In this document: piece after piece, positions 8,830 through 17,088 of the stretch
Numbering within the stretch: position 1 is the stretch's first letter
Layout: every line of letters begins with the position of its first letter
Assembly (NCBI GenBank): GCA_038248345.1
Contig: JBBRXO010000038.1
Coordinates: 1-23,261, forward strand
Origin: Armatimonadota bacterium
Lineage (GTDB): Bacteria > Armatimonadota > Hebobacteria > CAIYQO01
DNA: 23,261 nucleotides
Direction: 5' to 3'
Position numbers and translations under genes: made by a program
The notes under the pieces: generated by a model
Database searches by the model: none
What the model was told of the DNA's origin: nothing
What the model saw: the letters and a program-made list of their open reading frames with translations, nothing else

Positions 8830-9321
8830 TTACTCCAGCCAGTCTTCTTCTGCGGATGAACTATCATTCAAACGGGCACACACCCGATTAATTGTCTCAT
8901 ATCTGAAACCGCGCCTTAACAGCAGGCGGCGGATTTTTATCAGCAATTCAGGGCCTGGAGATTCGGTCGCCCCCCGCAAGGAACGAACAGCAACTGACCA
9001 GGCATCCTGGTATTCCTCGTCCGCAGAAATACCCGTTGTCATTATAGCTTCGACAAGTTCCCGGCTAATTCCTTTTTGCTGTAATTCTTTCCGTAGTCGC
9101 ACTGCTCCATAGCCGCGGCGCGACTCTATCCAGCTCTGCGCAAAATCACGATCATTCAGCAGCTCCAGGTGCTGCAATCGCTGCAGCACCTGTGCGGTAG
9201 CCGCTTCGCTTACCCCACGAGTGGCCAGCTTTCGGCGCATCTCCTGCACGCTGCGCGCTCGATAACCGAGGAAGCGCAGCGCGTATTGCAGGGCTTTTTC
9301 TGCTTCAGCTTCTTCATCCAT
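8830..9321 (-). CDS. recX: RecX regulatory protein
   Basis: ALRFLGYRARSVQEMRRKL, LLNDRDFA, LRKELQQKGI, LLRRGF; directly downstream of recA. Start is either ATG 9321 or 9363. Confidence 0.92.
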   Translation of the reverse strand: MDEEAEAEKALQYALRFLGYRARSVQEMRRKLATRGVSEAATAQVLQRLQHLELLNDRDFAQSWIESRRGYGAVRLRKELQQKGISRELVEAIMTTGISADEEYQDAWSVAVRSLRGATESPGPELLIKIRRLLLRRGFRYETINRVCARLNDSSSAEEDWLE

Positions 9322-9328
9322 CGTAGGA

Positions 9329-10435
9329 CTAATCGGTATCTTCGACAGCTGCAGCTTCTGCATTGATGCCTACCAGGCGTTCAGCGGCGGTATTCAGCGC
9401 CAGTTTACCTGTAGTCATCTCCCGTATTTTGCCTTCAATTTCAGCAGCAATGACAGGATTTTCATCGAGGAAGACGCGTGAGTTATCGCGTCCGTGGCCG
9501 ATGCGGGAATCATTGTAGGTGAAGAAAGCACCGGTTTTGGTGATAATCCCATGCTCCACCCCGAGGTCGAGGATGCCGCCGGACTGGCTGATGCCGGAGC
9601 CGTAGAAGATATCGAACTCTGCCTGCCGGAAGGGAGGAGAGATTTTATTTTTCACCACTTTAGCGCGGGAGCGGGAGCCGACCACCTCAGTGCCGTTCTT
9701 CAGGTTTTCAATACGCCGCAATTCGATACGCACAGAGGCCCAGAATTTCAATGCACGGCCGCCGGGGGTGACTTCGGGGTTGCCGAACATCACCCCGACT
9801 TTTTCCCGGAGCTGATTGATAAATACGCCTGCGCAGCGGCTTTTATTGAGCGAGCCAGCGAGTTTGCGTAGCGCTTTTGACATCAGGCGTGCCTGCAGGC
9901 CCACCTGGCTGTCGCCCATCTCACCCTCTAACTCCGCGCGCGGCACCAATGCTGCAACCGAGTCGATGACGAAGATGTCGATAGCGCCCGAGCGCACCAG
10001 CAGATCGGCGATATCGAGTGCCTGTTCGCCGGTGTCCGGCTGGCTAAGGAGTAAGTTGTCCACATCAACGCCGCATTTACGCGCATAATCGGGATCCAGC
10101 GCATGCTCGGCATCGATGAACGCACAGGTGCCGCCCAGCTTCTGTGCCTGGGCGATGACGTGATAGGTGAGCGTGGTCTTGCCGGAGGACTCGGTGCCGT
10201 AGATCTCCGAGATACGCCCACGAGGAATACCGCCCACCCCTAGCGCGATGTCCAGGGGCAAACAACCGGTGGGGATGACCTCTGTCTGGATGCGTGTCTG
10301 CATCTCACCCAGGCGCATCACCGCCCCTTTGCCGAACATTTTGTCGATCTGCCCCATCGCCAGGTCGAGCGCACGCTCTTTATCGGCAGGGGTCGATTGT
10401 TTGGTATTACTGGTATTACTGGAATTACTCGCCAT
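9329..10435 (-). CDS. recA: Recombinase A
   Basis: [75 protein letters not shown]. Start is either ATG 10435 or GTG 10453. Confidence 0.98.
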   Translation of the reverse strand: MASNSSNTSNTKQSTPADKERALDLAMGQIDKMFGKGAVMRLGEMQTRIQTEVIPTGCLPLDIALGVGGIPRGRISEIYGTESSGKTTLTYHVIAQAQKLGGTCAFIDAEHALDPDYARKCGVDVDNLLLSQPDTGEQALDIADLLVRSGAIDIFVIDSVAALVPRAELEGEMGDSQVGLQARLMSKALRKLAGSLNKSRCAGVFINQLREKVGVMFGNPEVTPGGRALKFWASVRIELRRIENLKNGTEVVGSRSRAKVVKNKISPPFRQAEFDIFYGSGISQSGGILDLGVEHGIITKTGAFFTYNDSRIGHGRDNSRVFLDENPVIAAEIEGKIREMTTGKLALNTAAERLVGINAEAAAVEDTD

Positions 10436-10504
10436 CTCTAATCTCACTTTCACCCGGAGGTTACAAAAACACCCGAAAACAATGCTCGGGTACTACATGG
10501 AAAT

Positions 10505-10528
10505 ATTATAACATAGAAACAGCTGTTT
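10505..10528 (-). promoter_or_regulatory. recA promoter (extended -10) with adjacent candidate LexA box
   Basis: Minus strand TGtTATAAT (10513-10505), preceded by the palindrome AAACAGCTGTTT (10517-10528) with the spacing of the GAAC-N4-GTTC SOS box. Confidence 0.55.
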
Positions 10529-10548
10529 GCGTAGCAAGAGCTACGCAA
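10527..10548. terminator. Hairpin immediately after the prepilin stop codon
   Basis: TTGCGTAGC-AAGA-GCTACGCAA, 9-bp perfect stem; no clear U tract. Confidence 0.4.
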
Positions 10549-11178
10549 TTATAATTTTATTTTTTCGCTCAGCATCCAGAAGGTGGTGCTACTGGTAGGG
10601 GCGGTGAAATCTACACTGCCGTCCACGCGCAGTATCATATACCGGCTCTTATTGTCTTTATGGTAGGGACATACGGTGACGATGGTGTTGCGCGGGGGGG
10701 TCGGATTTAACAAGCCAGGGAAGTCAGAGTCCGGCGAGCCATCCACGCCGCCTTCACTGCGCCAATATAGCTTGCCGGTATCCGTAATCACAGTTTTGGG
10801 CAGGTATGCAATTTGGGCGGCATTGCGGTTTGCTATTGGCGTGGGAGGCGCAGATTCTTGGTAGCCATAGTAGTTATACAGGATATTGTAGGTGTCAGCT
10901 TTACTAACCCTATCAGGATCCATAGGACAGGTGAGGATTTCCGGGAGCTTTTTTGCCTGGCGCAACGCGGGGCCCAGGTTGCCGGGTGGCGGGTACATCC
11001 CCGCCTCCTGCCGGTATATCTCAATGGCATGGCTCAGCTGCACCAGTTGTGTCTGGCATTTGGCTTCATTGACATGGCGGCGCGCCGAGCTTAACACTGG
11101 TAACAATATTGCCATCAATAAAGCAATAATCGAAACCACTATCATAATCTCTACAAGTGTAAAGCCTCGTTTCTTCAT
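10549..11178 (-). CDS. Prepilin-type N-terminal cleavage/methylation protein (DUF1559-like pilin/pseudopilin)
   Basis: MKKRG/FTLVEIMIVVSIIALLMAILLP class III signal with E5, then AKCQTQLVQLSHAIEIY, LTCPMD and C-terminal CPYH...RVDGSV. Confidence 0.85.
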   Translation of the reverse strand: MKKRGFTLVEIMIVVSIIALLMAILLPVLSSARRHVNEAKCQTQLVQLSHAIEIYRQEAGMYPPPGNLGPALRQAKKLPEILTCPMDPDRVSKADTYNILYNYYGYQESAPPTPIANRNAAQIAYLPKTVITDTGKLYWRSEGGVDGSPDSDFPGLLNPTPPRNTIVTVCPYHKDNKSRYMILRVDGSVDFTAPTSSTTFWMLSEKIKL

Positions 11179-11211
11179 TCGTTAATTATACCCCAAATCC
11201 GCCGGTGTAAC

Positions 11212-12204
11212 CTAACCCATGAATGGATTAGCGTATATCCACCAGTTCATCAACCTGCCCGCCTGTTCCATCCACCAGGTGGGGGCCAGGTAGACCACCA
11301 CCGCACAGGCGGTGAGGAAGGGGCCGAAGGGCATGTACGTTCCCTCGGGCAGTTCTTCTTCTTCCTCGGGTTCCGGCTCTTTTTGCTTTTTGCGCTGCAC
11401 CGCGTTCTTCTCGGCCCGCTCCTCCACCGCTCCAGGGGCGGGGGCTTTTTTGATACGGCCAGCTATGATAAGACATATGCCGACTGCTGCCCCCAACGCG
11501 ATGGCCATGCCGAAGGAGAGCAGCGCCGCCCACGGGCCGAGCATGGCCCCGATGGCGGCCCCGATATAGGCATCGCCCAGCCCCATGCCGGGCTTGCGAA
11601 ATACCAGCCTCCCGAAGACATCCATCAGCACAAAGACGAGAAATCCGATGATCATACCGGGGATGGCCGCTGGCAAGTAGGGGATGGTTATCCCCGCAAT
11701 GCTGAAAGATATCGACTCAGTACGCATTAACTTCTCGAGCAGTTCTGCTCCCAGCCCCGCCCCCATGGCCAACCAGGTGACTGATTCAATGACGTAAGTA
11801 GTCTCTAGGTCGATCTGGAAAGTAACCAGCATGGTGGCGATAAATACCCACCCTGCTAGCAGGAGCAGCGGGCCAACTCCCAAGAGGAGGGTCTCACCGA
11901 ATTGCGCGGCCAGCGCCCACCAGCTCGCCAGGAATAATAGTCCGGTGACGGCCTCGATGATGGCATAACGGGGAGTAATTTTTACATGGCAATAGCGGCA
12001 TTGGCCACGTAAAAACAGGTAGCTAAAAATCGGAAAAAGATCAAAGAAGCCCAGGCGATGATTGCAATTAGGACAATGCGACGGCGGGTGGGAGAGTGAT
12101 TCCCCCCGCGGCAGGCGATAGATGCAGACATTGAGGAAACTCCCCACCACCGTGCCCAGCACAGCGGAGAAGATTGCTCCGAATATGAACAAAGAGTTTG
12201 GCAT
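11212..12204 (-). CDS. pilD: Prepilin peptidase/N-methyltransferase
   Basis: GSFLNVCIYRLP, two CxxC (CPNC, CRYC), GMGLGD, PFGPF and multiple TM helices. Confidence 0.93.
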   Translation of the reverse strand: MPNSLFIFGAIFSAVLGTVVGSFLNVCIYRLPRGESLSHPPSHCPNCNHRLGFFDLFPIFSYLFLRGQCRYCHVKITPRYAIIEAVTGLLFLASWWALAAQFGETLLLGVGPLLLLAGWVFIATMLVTFQIDLETTYVIESVTWLAMGAGLGAELLEKLMRTESISFSIAGITIPYLPAAIPGMIIGFLVFVLMDVFGRLVFRKPGMGLGDAYIGAAIGAMLGPWAALLSFGMAIALGAAVGICLIIAGRIKKAPAPGAVEERAEKNAVQRKKQKEPEPEEEEELPEGTYMPFGPFLTACAVVVYLAPTWWMEQAGRLMNWWIYANPFMG

Positions 12205-12226
12205 AGATTGTCGTTAACCTCATGCG

Positions 12227-12259
12227 AAAAAACGGCGCGAACCGGGAGGTCCGCGCCGT
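12227..12259 (-). terminator. Intrinsic terminator between pilC and pilD
   Basis: Stem ACGGCGCG...CGCGCCGT followed by a T run on the minus strand (AAAAAA on plus). Confidence 0.6.
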
Positions 12260-12271
12260 AGAAAGTTACTG

Positions 12272-13516
12272 CTACGCCGATAGCGACTCGATGATCTTCA
12301 CCAGCGGCATGAACATGGCGACGACGATGAACCCCACCACGCCGCCTAGGAATACGATGAGTACCGGCTCCAGCGCCGCAGTGAGACTTTCCAGTGCAGC
12401 ATCTACCTCAGATTCATAGAAGTCCGCCACTTTGGCGAGCATGGCATCCAACGCACCAGTTTCTTCACCGATGGCGATCATCTGTACTACCATCGGCGGA
12501 AATAGTTTACTCCGCACAAGTGGCTCGGCGATGCGTTCACCTTCGCGGATGGCGGTGCGGGCACCCAGTAGCGCTTCCGAAATTATCTCATTATCCAAGG
12601 CTCCCGCCACCGTCTCCAATGCTTGCAAAATAGGTACACCCGAGGCGAGCAAGGTGGACATGGTACGCGCGAAACGCGCCAGGGCTATCTTATGGTTCAA
12701 ACTACCGAAAACCGGCACCTTCAGCATCGCCATATCGTAATATTTCTTCCCCGTTTTTGTCCGTTTAATGGCTTTGATACCCACGGATAATCCGAAGATT
12801 GTGCCGACAAGGATGATGTCGTTAGTCCAGTTGGTGAGGAACTGGGAACAGGAGATCAAGAACTGCGTCGCGGGCGGCATCTCAATATTGAAGTCCTTGA
12901 ACAGCTCCATGAACTTCGGCACGATGAAGGTTACCAACCCGATGACGATACCTACCGCCATCACCATAACAATGACCGGGTAGGTCATGGCCGCTTTCAC
13001 TTTTCGCTTCAGCTTCAGGTCTTCCTCAAGGAAGGTGGCCAGCCGTTCCAGCGTATCGTCAAGCACACCGCCCACTTCGCCAGCGCGTACCAGACCGATA
13101 AACAGGTTGCTGAAGATATTGGGGAAGTACGCGAGCGCGCGGGTGAGCGTCTCACCGTTCTCGACATTATGTTGGACTTCGCGGATCACGGCCTTCAGGT
13201 TGGCGCTACCTGCCTGCTGTTCCAGCACCGCCAGACAGCGCACCAGCGAGACGCCCGCGTTGATCATCGTGGAGAATTGGCGGCAGAACATCGTGAGGTC
13301 ACGGGCTTTCACTTTTCCGATTTTCTTCTGTTTGGGAGCTTTGGGCACGGCCACCTGTGCGTCGGCCTTTTTGGCTTGCCCCAGCTGATTAACTGTCTGC
13401 ACCACTAGGCCGCGCGCAGATAACTGGCGACGTAATACCTGGTCGTTCTCCGCCTCCTGCGTACCGCGTTGCTCCTGTCCCGCTTTGTCTTTCGCTACAT
13501 AAGAAAAGGTAGGCAT
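12272..13516 (-). CDS. pilC: Type IV pilus inner-membrane platform protein (T2SS F family)
   Basis: FCRQFSTMINAGV, RAGEVGGVLD, AMTYP, FIVPKF, GEETGALD, LEPVLI. Confidence 0.93.
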   Translation of the reverse strand: MPTFSYVAKDKAGQEQRGTQEAENDQVLRRQLSARGLVVQTVNQLGQAKKADAQVAVPKAPKQKKIGKVKARDLTMFCRQFSTMINAGVSLVRCLAVLEQQAGSANLKAVIREVQHNVENGETLTRALAYFPNIFSNLFIGLVRAGEVGGVLDDTLERLATFLEEDLKLKRKVKAAMTYPVIVMVMAVGIVIGLVTFIVPKFMELFKDFNIEMPPATQFLISCSQFLTNWTNDIILVGTIFGLSVGIKAIKRTKTGKKYYDMAMLKVPVFGSLNHKIALARFARTMSTLLASGVPILQALETVAGALDNEIISEALLGARTAIREGERIAEPLVRSKLFPPMVVQMIAIGEETGALDAMLAKVADFYESEVDAALESLTAALEPVLIVFLGGVVGFIVVAMFMPLVKIIESLSA

Positions 13517-13566
13517 TTTCTCCCCCTTTACATCTTCACATCATCATTATTGACGAACTGGCAAGG

Positions 13567-14757
13567 CTAGGCTTTGCCATAAGCATTCATTGATGCTCCA
13601 TCTTCCGTGGGTAAGGTGCCGTCGGAGAGCATCATCTTTTTCAATTCTTCCACATTCATGGCACGTTCAATCGCCAATTGGTATGGTATTAACCCCTGGT
13701 TATACAAGTCACGCAGGCACTGATCCATAGTTTTCATACCCAGGTGCGCGCTAGTCTGGATAGTAGAGTTGATCTGGTGCGCTTTTGCTTCACGGATCAG
13801 GTTTCTAATTGCCGGTGAGGCGATCATAATCTCCTGGGCGCAGACACGGCCCCCGCCGATTTTGGGCAATAACTGCTGGGTGACAACTGCCACCAGGTTG
13901 TTGGAGAGCATGACGCGGATCTGCTCCTGTTGCGCGACCGGGAAGACGTCGACGATACGGTCTACCGTCTGCGAGGCGCTGTTAGTATGGACGGTGGCAA
14001 AGACAAGGTGACCGGTCTCCGCCGCGTGGATGGCCAGCTCCATGGTATCAAGGTCACGCATTTCGCCCACCAGCAAGATGTCCGGGTCTTCACGGAGGGC
14101 GGCGCGTAGCGCATTGGCGAAACTCTTGGTATCCTGGCCCAACTCGCGTTGGTTAATAATGCAACTGCGATGTGTGTGTAGATACTCAATCGGGTCTTCA
14201 ATGGTAATGATATGTTTGCGGTAATTGCGGTTTATTTCGCCGATCATCGCCGCCAGGGTAGTCGATTTACCCGATCCTGTCGGGCCGGTGACGAGAATCA
14301 GGCCGCGGTGTTTCAAGGTTAAATCGCGGACGACCTCTGGTTGCCCCAGATCTTCCAATGTGGGAATCTTATAGGGAATGGTTCGGAACGCCCCGGCTAC
14401 GTTGCCTTTATCGCGGAAATAGTTGACACGGAAACGGCTGGACTTGCCTAACTGGTAGGAAAAGTCGAGTTCCATGTTATTCTCAAACACCTGGATTCGA
14501 TCGTCGGTGAGGATGTCGTAACACATGCGCTGCAATACTTGCGCGGTAAAGGGCGTGTATTTGCCCGCGATCAAGTCACCGTCTACACGATATACGGGAG
14601 GTATACCTTCCGCAATATGTAAGTCGGAGCCTTTGATTTCGACGACGAGTTCGAGCAACTCGTCAATATGCACTTCCGAAAGATCTCGCACCACGTTCGG
14701 GTCATTTGCCTTTAAACAAGCTGCCGGCTGTTCCTGGTTTTCGCTATTTGCTTCCAT
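13567..14757 (-). CDS. pilT: Type IV pilus retraction ATPase
   Basis: GSDLH, RFRVN, TGPTGSGKST, TIEDPIE, LREDPD, GEMRD, AETGHLV and the PilT-specific AIRNLIRE motif. Confidence 0.95.
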   Translation of the reverse strand: MEANSENQEQPAACLKANDPNVVRDLSEVHIDELLELVVEIKGSDLHIAEGIPPVYRVDGDLIAGKYTPFTAQVLQRMCYDILTDDRIQVFENNMELDFSYQLGKSSRFRVNYFRDKGNVAGAFRTIPYKIPTLEDLGQPEVVRDLTLKHRGLILVTGPTGSGKSTTLAAMIGEINRNYRKHIITIEDPIEYLHTHRSCIINQRELGQDTKSFANALRAALREDPDILLVGEMRDLDTMELAIHAAETGHLVFATVHTNSASQTVDRIVDVFPVAQQEQIRVMLSNNLVAVVTQQLLPKIGGGRVCAQEIMIASPAIRNLIREAKAHQINSTIQTSAHLGMKTMDQCLRDLYNQGLIPYQLAIERAMNVEELKKMMLSDGTLPTEDGASMNAYGKA

Positions 14758-14819
14758 TTATGGATTCACCTTTAAATTTTACATGTTATGACTACGGGAG
14801 CACATGCTCCGTTCGATCC

Positions 14820-16676
14820 CTATTTAATTGATATCACACGTAAGATCTCTTCAATTGTAGTCATACCCCTCTTCACCTTATCCAAACCATCACGCATCAA
14901 CGTGGTCATACCTGCGGCAATGGCCGCCTGGGTAACTTCTGACACTGGGGCACGGCGAATGATCATCTCCGATAGTTCCTCGGTAATGGTGAGGAGTTCG
15001 TAGATACCGATTCGACCGCGAAAACCGCGGTTATTGCAATCCGGACACCCGACGCCTTTAAAGAAGGTAGCGTCGTGCATCTCTTCCTCTTTCATGCCCA
15101 GGCGCATCAGCGCTTCCACCGGTGGTTCGATCGGTTCCTTGCACTTGTCGCAGAGCCGCCGACCCAGCCGTTGCGCAACTACTCCCACGATGGCCGCCGC
15201 AATGAGGAACGGCTCCACCCCCATGTCACCCAGGCGCACCATGGTGGCCGGCGCGTTATTGGTGTGCAAGGTGGAGAGCACCAGGTGACCAGTTAGCGAA
15301 GCCTGTACGGCGATCTCCGCCGTTTCCAAGTCACGAATTTCACCGACCATGATGATGTCCGGGTCCTGGCGGAGGAAAGAGCGCATCGCCACCGGGAAAG
15401 TAAGGCCGGATTTTCGGTTGACGATTACCTGGTTGATCCCCGGGAGCTGATACTCGACCGGGTCTTCGATGGTGACGATGTTCTTATCCACCGAGTTGAT
15501 TTTGTTGAGCATGGAATAGAGCGTCGTCGTTTTACCTGAACCGGTCGGGCCGGTTACCAGCACCATACCGTTGGGTAGTTCAATTAGCTCTTCCAGCTCC
15601 GCGAGCATATCCGGCATGAAACCAAGGCGCCCCATGCCAATGAGCACCTGGCTCTGATCCAGGATACGCATAACGCATTTCTCGCCAAATACGGTGGGCA
15701 ACACGTTGACGCGCATGTCATAATCACGCTTATCGTGGCGGATGTGCATACGGCCGTCCTGCGGCACACGGCGCTCGGCGATATTCATCTCCGACATGAT
15801 CTTCAGACGCGAGAGCAACGGCTGCTGCGCGAAGCGCGGCAACGTCATCATCTCATAGAGCACGCCGTCAATGCGGTAGCGGATACGCACATTTTTTCGA
15901 TCCGGTTCCACGTGAATATCTGAAGCGGCTTCTTTGATGGCGTTCTGGATGAGCACATTCACCATGCGGATGATCGGGGCGTCATCAGAGACCTCTATTG
16001 ACTCATCGCCACTGTCACCTTTGCCGTCATCTGGCTTGCGCATCGACTCCAGCATGGCGTTGATATCCGCCGAAGATGTGGCCGGGGTACTATCCGCGGA
16101 GGCGGGTGCAGGCGCTTTGCCCTTTAATTCTGGTGGTTTGGGACGGAAAGAAAAACCGCCGGTGGTGGCAGGTTTCGCAGGGGCGGTCGCCGGAACATTA
16201 GGCGCTGCCGCTGCCGCCGGTGCCGGTGCTGATGCCGTGGACGAACTGGCACGCCGCAAAGTAGTCAACTCATCCATAGTGGCCAGCAGGGGCTCAATGT
16301 CGAGATTGGTGATCATCCGAATGTCATCGAGCGCAAAGACGTTAGTGGGGTCTACCATCGCGACGACTAATTTTCCGCCATTACGCCGCAGCGGCACGAT
16401 ATTATAACGTTGTACGAGGTTGTCGGGGATGATACGCGCCACTGCAGGATCCGCAGTTATCCGCGCTGCGTCATACAGCTGAATATTCAGTTGCTGCGCA
16501 TAAGCACGATTAACATCACGCTCAGAGCAGAACTGAAGATCAATCAGCAGACGACCCAGCTTCTCGGTGGTCGTTTTTTGCATGGCGAGGGCCTGCTTTA
16601 ATTGATCTGGCGTGATTTTACCTTGATCCAGCAGGATCTTGCCTATTGGAACTTTCGGACCTCGCGTCACAGACAT
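14820..16676 (-). CDS. pilB: Type IV pilus assembly ATPase with N-terminal MshEN-like domain
   Basis: IGKILLDQGKITPDQLKQALAMQ..KLGRLL, ASDIHVEP, ERRVPQDGR, GPTGSGKT, LRQDPD, GEIRD, STLHTN, Zn-binding CDKC/CPDC. Confidence 0.93.
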   Translation of the reverse strand: MSVTRGPKVPIGKILLDQGKITPDQLKQALAMQKTTTEKLGRLLIDLQFCSERDVNRAYAQQLNIQLYDAARITADPAVARIIPDNLVQRYNIVPLRRNGGKLVVAMVDPTNVFALDDIRMITNLDIEPLLATMDELTTLRRASSSTASAPAPAAAAAPNVPATAPAKPATTGGFSFRPKPPELKGKAPAPASADSTPATSSADINAMLESMRKPDDGKGDSGDESIEVSDDAPIIRMVNVLIQNAIKEAASDIHVEPDRKNVRIRYRIDGVLYEMMTLPRFAQQPLLSRLKIMSEMNIAERRVPQDGRMHIRHDKRDYDMRVNVLPTVFGEKCVMRILDQSQVLIGMGRLGFMPDMLAELEELIELPNGMVLVTGPTGSGKTTTLYSMLNKINSVDKNIVTIEDPVEYQLPGINQVIVNRKSGLTFPVAMRSFLRQDPDIIMVGEIRDLETAEIAVQASLTGHLVLSTLHTNNAPATMVRLGDMGVEPFLIAAAIVGVVAQRLGRRLCDKCKEPIEPPVEALMRLGMKEEEMHDATFFKGVGCPDCNNRGFRGRIGIYELLTITEELSEMIIRRAPVSEVTQAAIAAGMTTLMRDGLDKVKRGMTTIEEILRVISIK

Positions 16677-16766
16677 GCGCTCTGCCCATCCCTCTTAGTT
16701 GGCGAGTTGATCACCCGCGCACGTACAGAAATAACAAAACCTGATGAATAGGTGATAATATACCTT

Positions 16767-16775
16767 ATTATACCA
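16767..16775 (-). promoter_or_regulatory. Extended -10 promoter element upstream of pilB
   Basis: Minus strand TGgTATAAT about 90 nt upstream of the pilB ATG; no well-spaced -35. Confidence 0.5.
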
Positions 16776-17034
16776 CATGATGGCAATATCAACACCTCTG
16801 GGAGAATTGTACCGTAAAATGCCACTATATGCTAGCTTTGCGAGAAAATCTTACCGTTTTGGTGGCGCTGCGCATCCGGTTTGCAACAAAATAACCGCTG
16901 GCCCACTGCTACCCGCCCATCAATTATCGCTTAATCTGATCCTTGTGGCTATCAACTGCCCGGTTAGATCGTTAATACAGCCTCCAACTTTTCCATGACT
17001 ATTTGCAATTATAGCGACTTCTTCTACCAATGCA

Positions 17035-17064
17035 CAGACCCCCCGGCATATGCCGGGGGGTCTG
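17035..17064. terminator. Strong hairpin downstream of the SLH-collagen gene
   Basis: Perfect 30-bp palindrome CAGACCCCCCGGCATATGCCGGGGGGTCTG about 25 nt past the stop; weak U tract. Confidence 0.65.
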
Positions 17065-17088
17065 CCTGGTTACTACCTGTTGTCTGAT

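Noticed and set aside
10403..10429. 9-bp tandem repeat in the recA 5' end
   Set aside because: It encodes a low-complexity [10 protein letters not shown]-terminal tail; in frame and unremarkable.
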